Source: Kiritimatiella glycovorans
GTDB taxonomy: Bacteria > Verrucomicrobiota > Kiritimatiellia > Kiritimatiellales > Kiritimatiellaceae
NCBI RefSeq assembly: GCF_001017655.1
Contig: NZ_CP010904.1
Coordinates: 1,590,001 to 1,622,000 of the forward strand
DNA: 32,000 nt
Reading direction: 5' to 3'
Position numbers and translations under genes: made by a program. Below the pieces are notes generated by a model. That model was not told where the DNA came from and searched no databases. It saw only the letters and a program-made list of their open reading frames with translations. This document shows positions 17,319 to 25,834 of this stretch, piece by piece. How positions within the stretch are numbered: the first letter of the stretch is position 1; each line of letters begins with the position of its first letter.

Positions 17319-18776
17319 TTAGTATTTCAGATGATCCGAGATCTCAAACGTTCCGTCCATCCAGCGCTTCCAGGTGCTCGACGTCGGATTATACGTGGGA
17401 TAGCGGTCGAAGATATCCCCGTTTCCGAACACGCGCGGGTCGCCGGTCTCGCGCAGTTCGTCCTCCAGCTCGGTCCGCAGCTGTTCCTTAAGCCCGGCGT
17501 ATTCCGGTCGTGCGGCGAGATCGGTCATGCAGGAGGGGTCCTCGACAATATCGTACAACTCCTCGGCGGGACGTTTGCCGAAAGCCAATGCGTAGTAGAA
17601 CGACGTCACCCCCGTCTCGTGCAGCTCGATGACCCGGTCCTTCGTCGGGGACCCGTCGCAGTTCGTGAAGAGGGTCTCCGGATTGCCGGCGGGCCACCGC
17701 TCCGGATGGTAGTTCCGCACATAGAGATACCGCGGGGTCCGGATACAGCGCACCGGATACCCGACGTCGCCCTCGCGCCCGAGATCGTGCAGTTCGCGTC
17801 CCATGTACGCGCGGGTCCGGTCGCCGCCGACCGCCCCCCCGCGTCCGGAGCGCAGCAGCGGCATCAGGCTCCGCCCTCTCATCTGTTCATGGGGCGGGAG
17901 CCCCGCGGCGTCGAGGATGGTCGGCGCGAAATCGATGAAGCTGACGAGATCGTCTGCGACCCTTCCCGGCTTCGCGACATCCGGTCCGCGAATCGCCAGC
18001 GGCATCCGGAAATCGTAGTCGTACATCTGTCCCTTTACGCGCGGGAACGGCATCCCGTTGTCGGAGGTGACGATCACCAGCGTCCGGTCCAGTTCGCCCC
18101 GGTCCTCGAGGATACGCATCATGTTGACGAGGTGGGCGTCGAACCACTCGATCTCATAGGCGTAGTCGCAGAGGTCCTCGCGCACCGCCGCATCGTCCGG
18201 CAGATAGGGCGGGACCTCGACCGTGTCCGGGTCCTTGCCGCCGCGCCGTCCTTCGCCAGGCACATAGGCGCGGTGGGGCTCGCGGCCGCCGTACCAGAAG
18301 CAGAACGGCGCACCCTCCGGCCGCGCCGACAGGAAGGCCTCGAAGTTCGCCGTGTAGTCGGTCGACGAGATCATTGAATCCGCGGGCGGCGTCAGCGTGC
18401 GCGCGTTCCATTCGTGACCCGCGGGATTGTGAGAAAACCCTCCCGCCTCATAATTGCCGGGCGCCCACCCCTTGCCCGTGAACCCGATGTGGTATCCGGC
18501 CGCCTCGAGCAGATCGGGATATACGGCAAAACGGTCCGGAAACAGGCTGAAATGATTGCAGGCCTCCTCAAGCTGCCACGTGTGACGCCCCGTCAGCAGG
18601 GACGCACGCGACGGGGCACACTTGGGGTTGGTCGTGAAGGCGGCGGTGAAACGCACGCCCTCCCGTGCCACGCGGTCAAACCCGGGGGTCGTCAGGAAAC
18701 GATCACCACAGGCGCTCATGTGGGACGCGTCATCCGCAATCGCCAGCAGAATGTTGGGTCGATCCGTCTTATTCAC
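17319..18776 (-). CDS. Cys-type sulfatase, no signal peptide
   Basis: RPNILLAIADD and signature NPKCAPSRASLLTGR. Start placed at GTG 18776 (MNKTDRPNILL), which has GGAGAAGG upstream. The ATG at 18872 in the ORF track would overlap the divergent gene start at 18831/18858. Confidence 0.8.
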   Translation of the reverse strand: MNKTDRPNILLAIADDASHMSACGDRFLTTPGFDRVAREGVRFTAAFTTNPKCAPSRASLLTGRHTWQLEEACNHFSLFPDRFAVYPDLLEAAGYHIGFTGKGWAPGNYEAGGFSHNPAGHEWNARTLTPPADSMISSTDYTANFEAFLSARPEGAPFCFWYGGREPHRAYVPGEGRRGGKDPDTVEVPPYLPDDAAVREDLCDYAYEIEWFDAHLVNMMRILEDRGELDRTLVIVTSDNGMPFPRVKGQMYDYDFRMPLAIRGPDVAKPGRVADDLVSFIDFAPTILDAAGLPPHEQMRGRSLMPLLRSGRGGAVGGDRTRAYMGRELHDLGREGDVGYPVRCIRTPRYLYVRNYHPERWPAGNPETLFTNCDGSPTKDRVIELHETGVTSFYYALAFGKRPAEELYDIVEDPSCMTDLAARPEYAGLKEQLRTELEDELRETGDPRVFGNGDIFDRYPTYNPTSSTWKRWMDGTFEISDHLKY

Positions 18777-18830
18777 GGGAAAACACCTTCTCCGGATTTC
18801 ATGGTGGAGACGTGAAATTACTTTGCATAA

Positions 18831-19002
18831 ATGTGCAGCATTCGTCAATCTTTCCCCATGATAAGGCTTCAAAAAACACCGATTCGGACCATAGTCATCC
18901 TCACGATCCTCTGCACCTCGGGCCTGTACCCCGTCCGGTCCGGCCCGGCGGTTCCGATGACGGCGCGAAACGACGAGTCGTCGCCAAGTCCGGAGGAATT
19001 CA
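18831..19002 (+). pseudogene. 5' fragment (signal peptide region) of the beta-helix protein gene interrupted by ISL3
   Basis: Encodes M(CSIRQSFPM)IRLQKTPIRTIVILTILCTSGLYPVRSG...SPSPEEF. Its frame continues exactly into 20434..22055 once the IS and one TSD copy are removed. Confidence 0.75.
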
Positions 19003-20425
19003 GGCTCAATCCGAATCTCTCAACGGCTTTCTTTAGGGAGGTGACACGGCCATAGGTCGGTCCATACTGTTGGTTGTTGTTCGAAGACGACCAGCAGGAA
19101 AGGAGCACGACCTATGACCGGGAACAGAGTAGTCGCGAAGCTGTTGAGATTCAAGGGGCTGCGCGTAGTGGGCTTCGGTTTCGAGGGGAGGAGCAACTTC
19201 GTGGTGACGGTGACGCCACACAAGAACGGGTGCCGGTGTCCGGAGTGCGGCCGCCGCGGAACCATTGTTCGGGTGATGCCCGAGCCGCGGCGGTGGCGGG
19301 ACATCCCCGTCTGCGGGTGGACCGTATGGCTTCAACACTGCCCCCGGGAGATCTGGTGTCCGACCCACGGACGGGTGGTTGAAGCGATCCCCTGGGCGGG
19401 GCGGTTCGCGCGTGTCACCTATCGCTTCGAGTACGTGATGCTGAAGTACTGCCAGATCATGACGCAGAAGGCGGCGGCCCAGTTGCTGCGTATCCCCCGT
19501 TCCACGCTCTCCGATGTGCTCCACCGGACGATTACCCGTATCCGCGACGGTCACCGGATTCGAGGGCTGAAGACCATCGGCATCGATGAGATCTCCTACG
19601 CCAAAGGCCACAAGTACGCCACACTGGTTTACGACCTGGACCGCTCGTGTGTGGTGTGGGTCGGGAGGGGCAAGAAGCGCGAAACCATTGATGTTTTCTT
19701 CCATGAAGTGCTCAGCGACTACCAGAAGAAACAGATCCGGTGGGCATGCTGCGACATGAGTGATGCCTTCATGGGGGCCATCAAGGCGCACTGTCCGAAT
19801 GCCACGCTTGTCCTGGACCGTTTCCATATCGTCAAAGCCCTCAACACGGCCGTCGACGGTGTGCGTAAGGAGCAGTGGCGGCTGGCCGGCGGTGACGAGC
19901 GCAAGGCTCTGAAGGGACTGCGCTGGCTTCTCTACCGTCACTCCTCAACGCGATCCAAAGACGACACCCAGACCCTTCGGGCACTTGAGAAGGCCAACAA
20001 CCGCATCTATAGAGCATGGCGGCTGAAGGACGAGTTCGAGCAGTTCTGGGAATACAAGGCACCCTGGGCTGCCGAACGCTTCCTCAAGAGCTGGACGACC
20101 TCCGCCCTTCGAAGCCGTCTGGAACCTCTGCGCAAGTTCGTCACCACGCTGCGCCAGCACTACTTCGGCGTCCTCGCTTTCGTTAACTCACGGCTCACCA
20201 ATGCCATAGCCGAGGGGCTCAACCGCATCGTCAAAATCGTCAAGAACCGCGCCAGCGGATTCCGCACGCTCGATGCCTTCACTGACATGATATTCCTCAC
20301 AGTCGGAGACGTAGATATCCCTGCGCAAATCCCAACCCGTTTCCGCACAGTATAGGACAGCCCGATGAACCAGTATCCATCGACATCAAATCGAAATCAC
20401 CCCGTTGAGAGATTCGGAAATAGCC
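19003..20425 (+). mobile_element. ISL3-family insertion sequence (1423 bp)
   Basis: Inverted repeats GGCTCAATCCGAATCTCTCAACGG (19003..) and, read inward from 20425, GGCTATTTCCGAATCTCTCAACGG. Perfect 8-bp direct repeat GGAATTCA at 18995..19002 and 20426..20433. One transposase ORF. Confidence 0.9.
19114..20355 (+). CDS. ISL3-family transposase
   Basis: N-terminal zinc-finger CRCPECG...CPTHG, then GIDEISYAKGHKYATLVYDL and DRFHIVKALNTAVDGVRKEQ, which are typical of ISL3 (DDE_Tnp_ISL3). Confidence 0.9.
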   Translation: MTGNRVVAKLLRFKGLRVVGFGFEGRSNFVVTVTPHKNGCRCPECGRRGTIVRVMPEPRRWRDIPVCGWTVWLQHCPREIWCPTHGRVVEAIPWAGRFARVTYRFEYVMLKYCQIMTQKAAAQLLRIPRSTLSDVLHRTITRIRDGHRIRGLKTIGIDEISYAKGHKYATLVYDLDRSCVVWVGRGKKRETIDVFFHEVLSDYQKKQIRWACCDMSDAFMGAIKAHCPNATLVLDRFHIVKALNTAVDGVRKEQWRLAGGDERKALKGLRWLLYRHSSTRSKDDTQTLRALEKANNRIYRAWRLKDEFEQFWEYKAPWAAERFLKSWTTSALRSRLEPLRKFVTTLRQHYFGVLAFVNSRLTNAIAEGLNRIVKIVKNRASGFRTLDAFTDMIFLTVGDVDIPAQIPTRFRTV

Positions 20426-20435
20426 GGAATTCAGG

Positions 20436-22055
20436 GTGCCTCCATTGAGGAGCCTCGAAGTCGCCCGCACGATCCATGCGCGGGAGTACGGCGCGATGCC
20501 GGATGACGGGGCGGACGACCTCGCGGCGGTTCAGGCAGCCTTCAACGCCCTCGCCGCATCCGCCGAGCCGACTCGGCTTCTGTTTGAAAAGGGCACTTAC
20601 GTACTGAACGCGCCCGCTTCCGCAGACGGGGATTCGCGCTGGTTGACCCGGCTCGAATCTGTCACCAACGCCGTGATCGATTTCGCGGGTGCGCGATTCA
20701 TCATCCGTGACCCCGCTTCCGGATTCATACATCTCGATCGATGCCGCAACATAATCCTGCGTGACGGGACGTTCGAGTACGATCCTCAGCCTCACACGGC
20801 GGGCGTGATCGAAGCGGTCGACCCGCGGGAGGGCACCCTGGATCTGCGAATCCCCGGACGCTTTCCCTGCCCCGACCGCCCCTGGTTTGAATCCGCTTCG
20901 GCGCGATGGGGCTACCGACTGGACCCCGAGATCCCCGGCCGGGTCATGCACGGGGCCGTGAACGTTCATCGCTATAAGGAGGTCCGGCGGATCGGGACGC
21001 GACGCTTCCGGGTCACGATTCAGCCGGGCCGTCCGGAGTACTGGGCCGGATTCAAGGTCGGCGACCGGTTCACCATGCTGGCCCGGACGCATGCGGAGTT
21101 TCTTTTTGCCCAATACTGCCGGCAGATCACAGCGATGGATCTGACCACGTACCACACGCCCGCGGGCCACTACATCAGCGTGCGCACGGACGCGTTGAAC
21201 GTTATACGCTGCCGGTCCCCGATCATGCCGGGGTTCTGGAAGGGCGGCAACGCCGACGCCGTACATGTACAGTCGTCACGCATCGGGCCGTGGGTGGAGG
21301 GTTGCCTCTTTGAGGGGATCAGCGACGATGCGCTCGTGGTTTACGCGCGCCCGTTTTCGATTACGGAACAGATCTCTCCGACCCGGCTGAGGATCGCGCG
21401 CCTGACGAACCGCGGCGAGGCCGCGCTTCCGCGGGAAGGCGAGATCCGGCGGGACGACATCCTCGATTTTCTGAACCCGAATACGGGGGTGGTCACCGCC
21501 ACGGCCGCAGTCAGGGAATTCCTGCCCGAGGAGCAGATCATCCGGCTCGACGCACCGGTAACGAATATGCTTGTCGGCGCAGGGAAAGACCGCACCCAGA
21601 TCTGGAACCGCTCAATGGCACGCGGATGCGTCCTGATCGATAATACGATCGTCAACTCCCGGCGGTACGGAATCTATGTCAAGGCCTCGGACGTCCTTAT
21701 CGCAGGGAACCGGATCGGAGGAACAAGCTCCTGCGCGATGTCGTTTCACAACGAACCCGGCGCACCCAACGGCCCGTTCTGTCACAACGTCGTGATCCGG
21801 GACAATGAGATCGTGCACTGCGGGTTCGATCACGGATTCCTGAAACATCCCCGAAGCGGCGCGATTCGCGTGATGGCACGCCGGCTCGATTACAGCCCCG
21901 CGCAGCGGGGCGCGCCTCACAGCGGATTCCGCATCCTCAACAACCGCTTCCGCGATCTGCTTCGTCCTCCGCTCTGCCTCAGCAACGTCCGCGACGTTCG
22001 CCTTTCCGGCAACACGCTCGATGGAGAGGGCTTTACCCGTACCACGGGGCCTTGA
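20436..22055 (+). pseudogene. 3' part of a right-handed parallel beta-helix (pectate-lyase-3/PbH1-like) protein gene, separated from its signal peptide by ISL3
   Basis: REYGAMPDDGADDLAAVQAAFNAL...LLFEKGTYVL N-terminal cap motif, plus repeated NxxIxN / GIYV / IxGNRI beta-helix turns. The only nearby start is a GTG immediately after the TSD. Confidence 0.65.
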
Positions 22056-22058
22056 ACC

Positions 22059-23240
22059 TCAGAACACGAAACGCCGGCGGATAAATCCCAGGGCGAGACC
22101 GGTGGTCCCGAGCATCGTGATCGTGGCCGGTTCCGGGATCAGATATCCGCTGTTATCCAGCGAGTAGTCACCGCTCACGCCGTCAATGGTGATGAGCTCG
22201 AGCTGACTGGAAGTCAGACCGTCCGAGCTGGTCCCGAACCGGAGGCTGTCCGTTCCGAATTCAAATCCGGTCAGTTCGAGCGAACTCCCCGTCCATGAAA
22301 ATCCGGAGCTGTCGCTGAACGAAACCGATTCGCCCGCGGCATCGCTGAAATCAAATGTGAGGTCCATATCAGCCGAGCTCAGATTAAGGACGCCGGCCGC
22401 ATTGTCGTGTCCATTGAAATCGACCAACGAGCTGCCCGAGTTATCGAACCGGAGATGAGAGGTGAACTGATTATCGGCGTTGAGCTGGACGCCCGCACCG
22501 TTGACCAGGCGGAGAGCCACCCCATCCAGCGCCGGACCGCCGGTATTCCCGAGCGAATGGCCCGTGCCCACGAAGCGCACGCCGAGTCCGCTGGTCACCG
22601 AACCGTCGAAATTCAGCACACCGTCGTGATTCTGAACACGCACGACGTTATCCGCATGAGCCTGGATGGTGCCCCTGAAATTAAGGACCGAGCTGCTCTC
22701 GATTTTGACCTCCGCATCGTTAGCCGTGGCATCAATGGTCCCCTCGAGGTTTATGGTGCCCTCCTGCTCGGCCGAGAAGAGGATGTCACCGCCGATATCG
22801 CCGACGGTAATGTCATTCAACGTCAGGTAGGCAGTTGTCGAAGGCGCGATGGTATCGATGGTCAGGTCGGCCCCTGCCCCGGAATTAATGATACTGATCG
22901 GGGCGCCCACCGTGAGCTTGGCGTTACCCACATGGATCACATCCGCCGCCGTACCCGTGTTCGGATCGATCGTAAGCGTGTTCGGCCCGTTCAGGCTCAT
23001 CACACTCGCCCCGACCGTGGTCAGGTACCCGATGGTGTAATCCCCGTCCATCGTGAGATCGAGCTCCCCCGAACCGAGCTCGGCCGTGTCGCCGTTATCG
23101 TCCGGAACACTCCCGCTGGGCGACCACATTGTCGTGTCGCTCCAGTCCCCGGTTCCACTGTCCCAAGTGTAATCCGTCGCACCGGCTATACCGGCGACCG
23201 TGACCAGTGCCGCGAACACAAACAACTTCTTCATCATCAT
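22059..23240 (-). CDS. PEP-CTERM-anchored secreted beta-strand-repeat protein
   Basis: Signal peptide MMMKKLFVFAALVTVAGIAGA, the TDYTWDSGTGDWSDTTMW repeat type, and a C-terminal PEP-CTERM sorting signal IPEPATITMLGTTGLALGFIRRRFVF. Confidence 0.8.
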   Translation of the reverse strand: MMMKKLFVFAALVTVAGIAGATDYTWDSGTGDWSDTTMWSPSGSVPDDNGDTAELGSGELDLTMDGDYTIGYLTTVGASVMSLNGPNTLTIDPNTGTAADVIHVGNAKLTVGAPISIINSGAGADLTIDTIAPSTTAYLTLNDITVGDIGGDILFSAEQEGTINLEGTIDATANDAEVKIESSSVLNFRGTIQAHADNVVRVQNHDGVLNFDGSVTSGLGVRFVGTGHSLGNTGGPALDGVALRLVNGAGVQLNADNQFTSHLRFDNSGSSLVDFNGHDNAAGVLNLSSADMDLTFDFSDAAGESVSFSDSSGFSWTGSSLELTGFEFGTDSLRFGTSSDGLTSSQLELITIDGVSGDYSLDNSGYLIPEPATITMLGTTGLALGFIRRRFVF

Positions 23241-23285
23241 CTCCTCTGGTGACTACTCAGGTACCCCTCTCCCAGAGGACGGTTG

Positions 23286-23359
23286 ACGATAACGGGCGAC
23301 GAGAGCGGTGGACGATAGGCGCTTCCAACTCGTGAGCCGTTCTCGTCGCCCGTTATCGT
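23286..23359 (-). other. Perfect 19-bp-stem hairpin in the 235-bp non-coding right end of the IS66 element (terminator, ncRNA or binding site?)
   Basis: ACGATAACGGGCGACGAGA (23286..23304) pairs with TCTCGTCGCCCGTTATCGT (23341..23359) across a 36-nt loop. The same structure occurs in copy A at 419..492 with one arm mismatch. Confidence 0.6.
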
Positions 23360-23483
23360 TAGCCGATTCCAGATGGGCTATACGGGATCGAGACGATGGC
23401 GGCAAGTCGGGATGGCTCCGCCTGGATTTGCGAGGGGGCGAGTGCGAGTAGGATCGGCGAGGTCCGTTCATCCGCGGCAGAGG

Positions 23484-24923
23484 CTACGAGGTATTGAGCG
23501 CCGGAACGAAGGGGTTTCCGCTGAACAGGCGGGTCAGCGCATCCATAGCGCCGACGGCATTCTTGCGGGCGGTTGAGATGTAGCTTCGAATGCGGCAGAA
23601 GGCTTTGGCGCCATCCTCGGTTCGGAACATGCCCGAGATTTTCTGCTGCACCTTCATCATGCGTAGATCGCGCTCAGCCTGATTGTTGTCGAAGGGCACG
23701 TTGAAGTCGTACATGAACGCAAGCGCTTCATCGCGGTGCTCGTCGAGCCGTTCGAGCAGGTTACGGGCTTTGGTCTTCTTGCGGCGGCCCCGTCGTTTCT
23801 TCGCGTTGCGCGGCAACGGCGGCAGCGGATTCTGCGCGTAGCCTTCGTCGAGGACTTGCTGGTAGCGGGCTTCGAAGGTGTGTAGCTGCCGCCGGTCAAG
23901 ATGATCGGTCGACTGTTTGGCGAGATCGACGGCCTCTTTGATGTCGAGCAGGCAGTCGATCATGTGGTCGGCCCAGTCCTGCTGGTGCTGCTCATGCGCA
24001 AAGATCAGTTCGCGCAAGTGATGGGCGTTGCAGAGGCCATGGAGGCAGTCGTAGCCGAAGTACGGTTTCCAGAAGTCGTGAACGGCGCGTCCGAGGAAGT
24101 CGGGCAGGATGCCGATCTCATCGATCGCTTCGCGGCCGCGTTTGCGATGGATGTCATAATAGGTTGCCTGTGCGGTCGAGGCCGAATGCAGCCACCACAG
24201 CTTGCCGTCTACCCGTGAGCCGGTCTCGTCGAAGTGTGCCACGGCGGCCTGCTCGATCAACTCCTTGATCTTCTCGACGGGGTCGGCGGCCAACGTGTGG
24301 GATTGGGCGATGATATTGCAGAGCGTGCCTTCGCTCATCGGGCAGCCGAAGAAGTCATTCAGCAGTTCGCAGGTTCGGTCATAGGGCAGGAACTGATAGT
24401 TCTTCAGGTACACGGCCGCAGCCTTGATCCCCTCGCCGTATTGCACGGGAGCGTTGACCCCTTCGGGGAACGCGGCTTTGTTCAGATGGCCGCAGGCGCA
24501 GGTTTTGGTTTCAGCCTGGTGCTCGGTGACGATCAGCCGCAGGGGTGGCAGGTCATGGACTTGACGCTTTTCGATGCCCTCGACGGATTGATCGGCTAGA
24601 GAGCGGCCGCAGTGTTCGCATTCCTTCACACGGTGCACTTCGGTGTGCTCGGGCTTGTCGGCCATCGCGAGCGTATGGCCGGTATGGCCGGGCTGGCCGC
24701 CGGACTTGCGCTTGCCCTTCTTGCGCAGGCTTTTGGGCGCAGGTTTCTTGAAGCCGTCGCTGGAGGGCGGTTTGCTGCTGTTGCGCGAGTTTTTGGCGAG
24801 TTGGTTCTCAAGAGACTGAACGCGTTCTTCCAGAGCACGGATGCGCGCATCCATCATCAACAGTACCCGCACGACGGTTTCCTTGCCGGCGTCGTAGATC
24901 GCTTCGGCCTCTTGGCGTGTCAT
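23484..24923 (-). CDS. tnpC: IS66-family transposase TnpC
   Basis: Leucine-zipper-like N-terminus (IRALEERVQSLENQL), NSRNSSKPPSSDG, zinc finger CEHCGRSL...CACGH, and DDE region HFDETGSRVDGKLWWLH. Start chosen at ATG 24923 (MTRQEAEAIY), which shares its A with the upstream TGA. Confidence 0.9.
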   Translation of the reverse strand: MTRQEAEAIYDAGKETVVRVLLMMDARIRALEERVQSLENQLAKNSRNSSKPPSSDGFKKPAPKSLRKKGKRKSGGQPGHTGHTLAMADKPEHTEVHRVKECEHCGRSLADQSVEGIEKRQVHDLPPLRLIVTEHQAETKTCACGHLNKAAFPEGVNAPVQYGEGIKAAAVYLKNYQFLPYDRTCELLNDFFGCPMSEGTLCNIIAQSHTLAADPVEKIKELIEQAAVAHFDETGSRVDGKLWWLHSASTAQATYYDIHRKRGREAIDEIGILPDFLGRAVHDFWKPYFGYDCLHGLCNAHHLRELIFAHEQHQQDWADHMIDCLLDIKEAVDLAKQSTDHLDRRQLHTFEARYQQVLDEGYAQNPLPPLPRNAKKRRGRRKKTKARNLLERLDEHRDEALAFMYDFNVPFDNNQAERDLRMMKVQQKISGMFRTEDGAKAFCRIRSYISTARKNAVGAMDALTRLFSGNPFVPALNTS

Positions 24924-25834
24924 CACCTGCCCGCCCTCCCTTCGGTTCGGGAGCAGGCGGGTGCGCACAACTCCCGCCGGAACTCCGGGATAAGCGGATA
25001 CAGATACACGTCCTTGACCGGCGCCTGGATGCGGCGGTCTCGATCGTTGCGGGTCCGCCCCTGCGTTGCGCCCAGGCGCATCCAGTTCGCGGCCCGGTAG
25101 CAGGTGCCTTTGAATCGGGAACGGTCCACGAACGTTTCCAAGGCATGCACGGGATGAGCGTACTTGCCCTGCCAGTCATCCCGGATGCGCCGGGCAATGA
25201 GGCCGAGGACGTGGCTGGCCAGATGCGGGACTTCGACCCAGGGCAGGATCAGGAAACGCGTATTGTTGGTCAATGCCTGGAGATTGCGTTCACGGCAGGC
25301 CCGATCCCAGCCGAGGAAACGATCCCGATCCGCGCATTTCCATGCCGCCGAACCGAACAGCGCACAGGCCACGAGCCGACCGTGCCGGTCGCGGATCAGA
25401 TAGCGCAGGTTCTCGCCCACCGTGTTGCGATGGCCCAAGTAGTGGTATCGGCCCAGCAGCCCTTTGAACAACTGCGAGTTATCCGAACGTGGGGCGACAA
25501 GGTCTGCCGACAGGGGCCGCAATGCGCTCAGGTCAGAGCGAATCGGTTCGGCGGCAGGTTCTACGGCAGGCACGCACCGGTTGCGGAAATGATTGGAAGA
25601 CGGGCGTTGACGCGCCGGCAACTCGATGCATCCGCGTCGCTCCAGCTTCAACAGCAGGGAGCGCGCCGCCATGTCCTTGATACGGCCCTGCGCGTTGCGC
25701 CAGTTCCAGCAGCGGCACAGTTCTTCGCTCAGGCGGGTACGGCCCCAGTCCTGGTTCTTCGCCATCAAATCCCGGATCAAGGCGATCTCGCCGTCCGTGA
25801 TTCTCCGCCCCTGAATGACCATAGCCTGTGCCAT
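24923..25834 (-). CDS. DUF4338-domain protein (Druantia DruA-like) encoded inside the IS66 element
   Basis: HYLGHRNTVGENLRYL, NNTRFLILPWVEVPHLASHVL, ETFVDRSRFKGTCYRAANW and GATQGRTRNDR match my recollection of the DUF4338 family signature. The ORF lies wholly between the IS inverted repeats. Confidence 0.65.
   Translation of the reverse strand: MAQAMVIQGRRITDGEIALIRDLMAKNQDWGRTRLSEELCRCWNWRNAQGRIKDMAARSLLLKLERRGCIELPARQRPSSNHFRNRCVPAVEPAAEPIRSDLSALRPLSADLVAPRSDNSQLFKGLLGRYHYLGHRNTVGENLRYLIRDRHGRLVACALFGSAAWKCADRDRFLGWDRACRERNLQALTNNTRFLILPWVEVPHLASHVLGLIARRIRDDWQGKYAHPVHALETFVDRSRFKGTCYRAANWMRLGATQGRTRNDRDRRIQAPVKDVYLYPLIPEFRRELCAPACSRTEGRAGR

Noticed and set aside
18777-18872. ATG at 18872 as the start of the sulfatase (ORF track 17319..18872)
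   Set aside because: It would overlap the divergent beta-helix gene start (18831/18858) and add 32 non-conserved residues. GTG 18776 has a GGAGAAGG SD and gives the typical M-x-x-x-RPNILL sulfatase N-terminus.
23253-23471. 72-aa ORF conserved in both IS66 copies (also at 307..525)
   Set aside because: It is conserved only because both copies are the same IS. Its R/S/P-rich composition is typical of a non-coding frame in GC-rich DNA, it spans the 19-bp hairpin, and I recognise no start context or motif.
24923-25834. Druantia anti-phage defence system, suggested by the DruA-like DUF4338 protein
   Set aside because: There are no DruB-DruE-like genes and no large DUF1998 helicase nearby. The ORF lies entirely inside an IS66 element bounded by IRs and a TSD, and its stop overlaps the transposase start.
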